From NCBI GenBank assembly GCA_964537505.1, contig CAZICK010000001.1, positions 11,530 through 75,529 of the forward strand: a DNA stretch of 64,000 nt, in the 5' to 3' direction. The position numbers were made by a program, and so were the translations under genes. Shown here piece by piece: positions 63,614 to 64,000 of this stretch. The stretch is from an uncultured Pirellulales bacterium (GTDB lineage Bacteria > Planctomycetota > Phycisphaerae > Sedimentisphaerales > SM23-30). The notes under the pieces were generated by a model. It was not told the DNA's origin. It saw only the letters and a list, made by a program, of their open reading frames with translations, and did not search any database. Position 1 is the first letter of the stretch. Every line of letters starts with the position of its first letter.

Positions 63614-64000
63614 TTAGTCGGGTTCGGGAATGATCTGTCGTATGCGTAGTGGGATGTTTATTTTTTGTCCTGTTTGCAGTTTGAGTTTCTCGGCAGTACC
63701 GGCGGGTAGTTCCAAAACGTATTTTATTGGGCCTGAGCTCTCGTAGAACTTTATTGGCTCACCCGGGACAGGTATTTTCATGGTGGTGATTTTGGTGATT
63801 TGCCCGTTTGGTTTTATAAAGATAATGTCCAGGTCGATCAGGCAGTTTTTCATATAAAAGCTGCAGGAACGAACACGATTGAAGATAAATAACATACCGG
63901 CGTGGGGAGCTAATTCTTTTCGGAACATCAAGCCCTGATAACGACTTTGTTGTGTAAAAGCCAGTTCTACGGTGAAAGGCTGTCCGGCAACGCTAAGCAT
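63614..64000 (-). CDS. DUF192-domain protein (probably 5'-truncated by the window edge)
   Basis: FTVELAFTQQSRYQGLMFRKELAPHAGMLFIF...DIIFIKPNGQI...VLELPAGT is the DUF192 pattern. The ORF touches position 64000 and no signal peptide is visible. Confidence 0.8.
   Translation of the reverse strand: MLSVAGQPFTVELAFTQQSRYQGLMFRKELAPHAGMLFIFNRVRSCSFYMKNCLIDLDIIFIKPNGQITKITTMKIPVPGEPIKFYESSGPIKYVLELPAGTAEKLKLQTGQKINIPLRIRQIIPEPD

Noticed and set aside
1-64000. tRNA, rRNA, tmRNA, RNase P and SRP RNA genes
   Set aside because: I scanned by eye for the conserved T-loop (GGTTCGAATCC-like), RNase P (GAGGAAAGTCC) and SRP (GGAAGCAGCC-type) motifs and found none. A covariance-model search would be needed to exclude them formally.

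Overview
This is 64 kb of apparently chromosomal bacterial DNA, about 50% GC by eye. I found no rRNA, tRNA or CRISPR array. The gene content (two type IV pilus / type II secretion-like clusters, a LamG/dockerin exoprotein, a Tat-exported formate dehydrogenase, a class II ribonucleotide reductase) would fit an anaerobic PVC-group or Planctomycetota-like organism, but that is only a guess.

Layout:
- 1-8126 (- strand): pilM-N-O-hyp-pilB-pilT-pilC-pilin operon.
- 8.1-13.6 kb: a rearranged zone. It holds a collapsed gene remnant, a 1110-aa LamG/Calx-beta/SGNH-esterase/dockerin exoprotein with a 580-bp internal direct repeat, and an intact IS1595-family element that has cut off the 5' part of a cysteine desulfurase-DUF3343 gene.
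- 14.3-21.3 kb: fdhE, a Cys-type (non-selenocysteine) formate dehydrogenase, a lipoprotein Tpx, a 4Fe-4S subunit and an NrfD-type membrane subunit.
- 22.1-27.8 kb: a ribbon-helix-helix-led operon with an exported TlpA-like protein, DUF2061, an NPP-type phosphodiesterase and cysDN.
- 30.8-42.0 kb: a complete gspCDEFG-I-J-K-L-M type II secretion operon.
- 42.0-47.2 kb: an accessory region. It contains iteron-like 33-bp repeats, a G-rich C-depleted tract, an 83-nt perfect palindrome, a low-GC three-gene cassette, REP-like elements, an IS3 OrfA remnant and a 5 x 19-bp tandem repeat.
- 47.2-64 kb: typA, a nitroreductase, a CotH-VTC-DUF4956-DUF547 cluster, an SSS transporter, nrdJ with putative NrdR boxes, a PP2C phosphatase, mntP, a 184-bp MITE-like palindromic element and a DUF192 gene.

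The best candidate for an undescribed system is the low-GC cassette at 43036-45561: a small helical protein, an HExxH ImmA/IrrE-like protein and a dCTP-deaminase-fold protein. All family calls come from motif recognition by eye. No database search was run.
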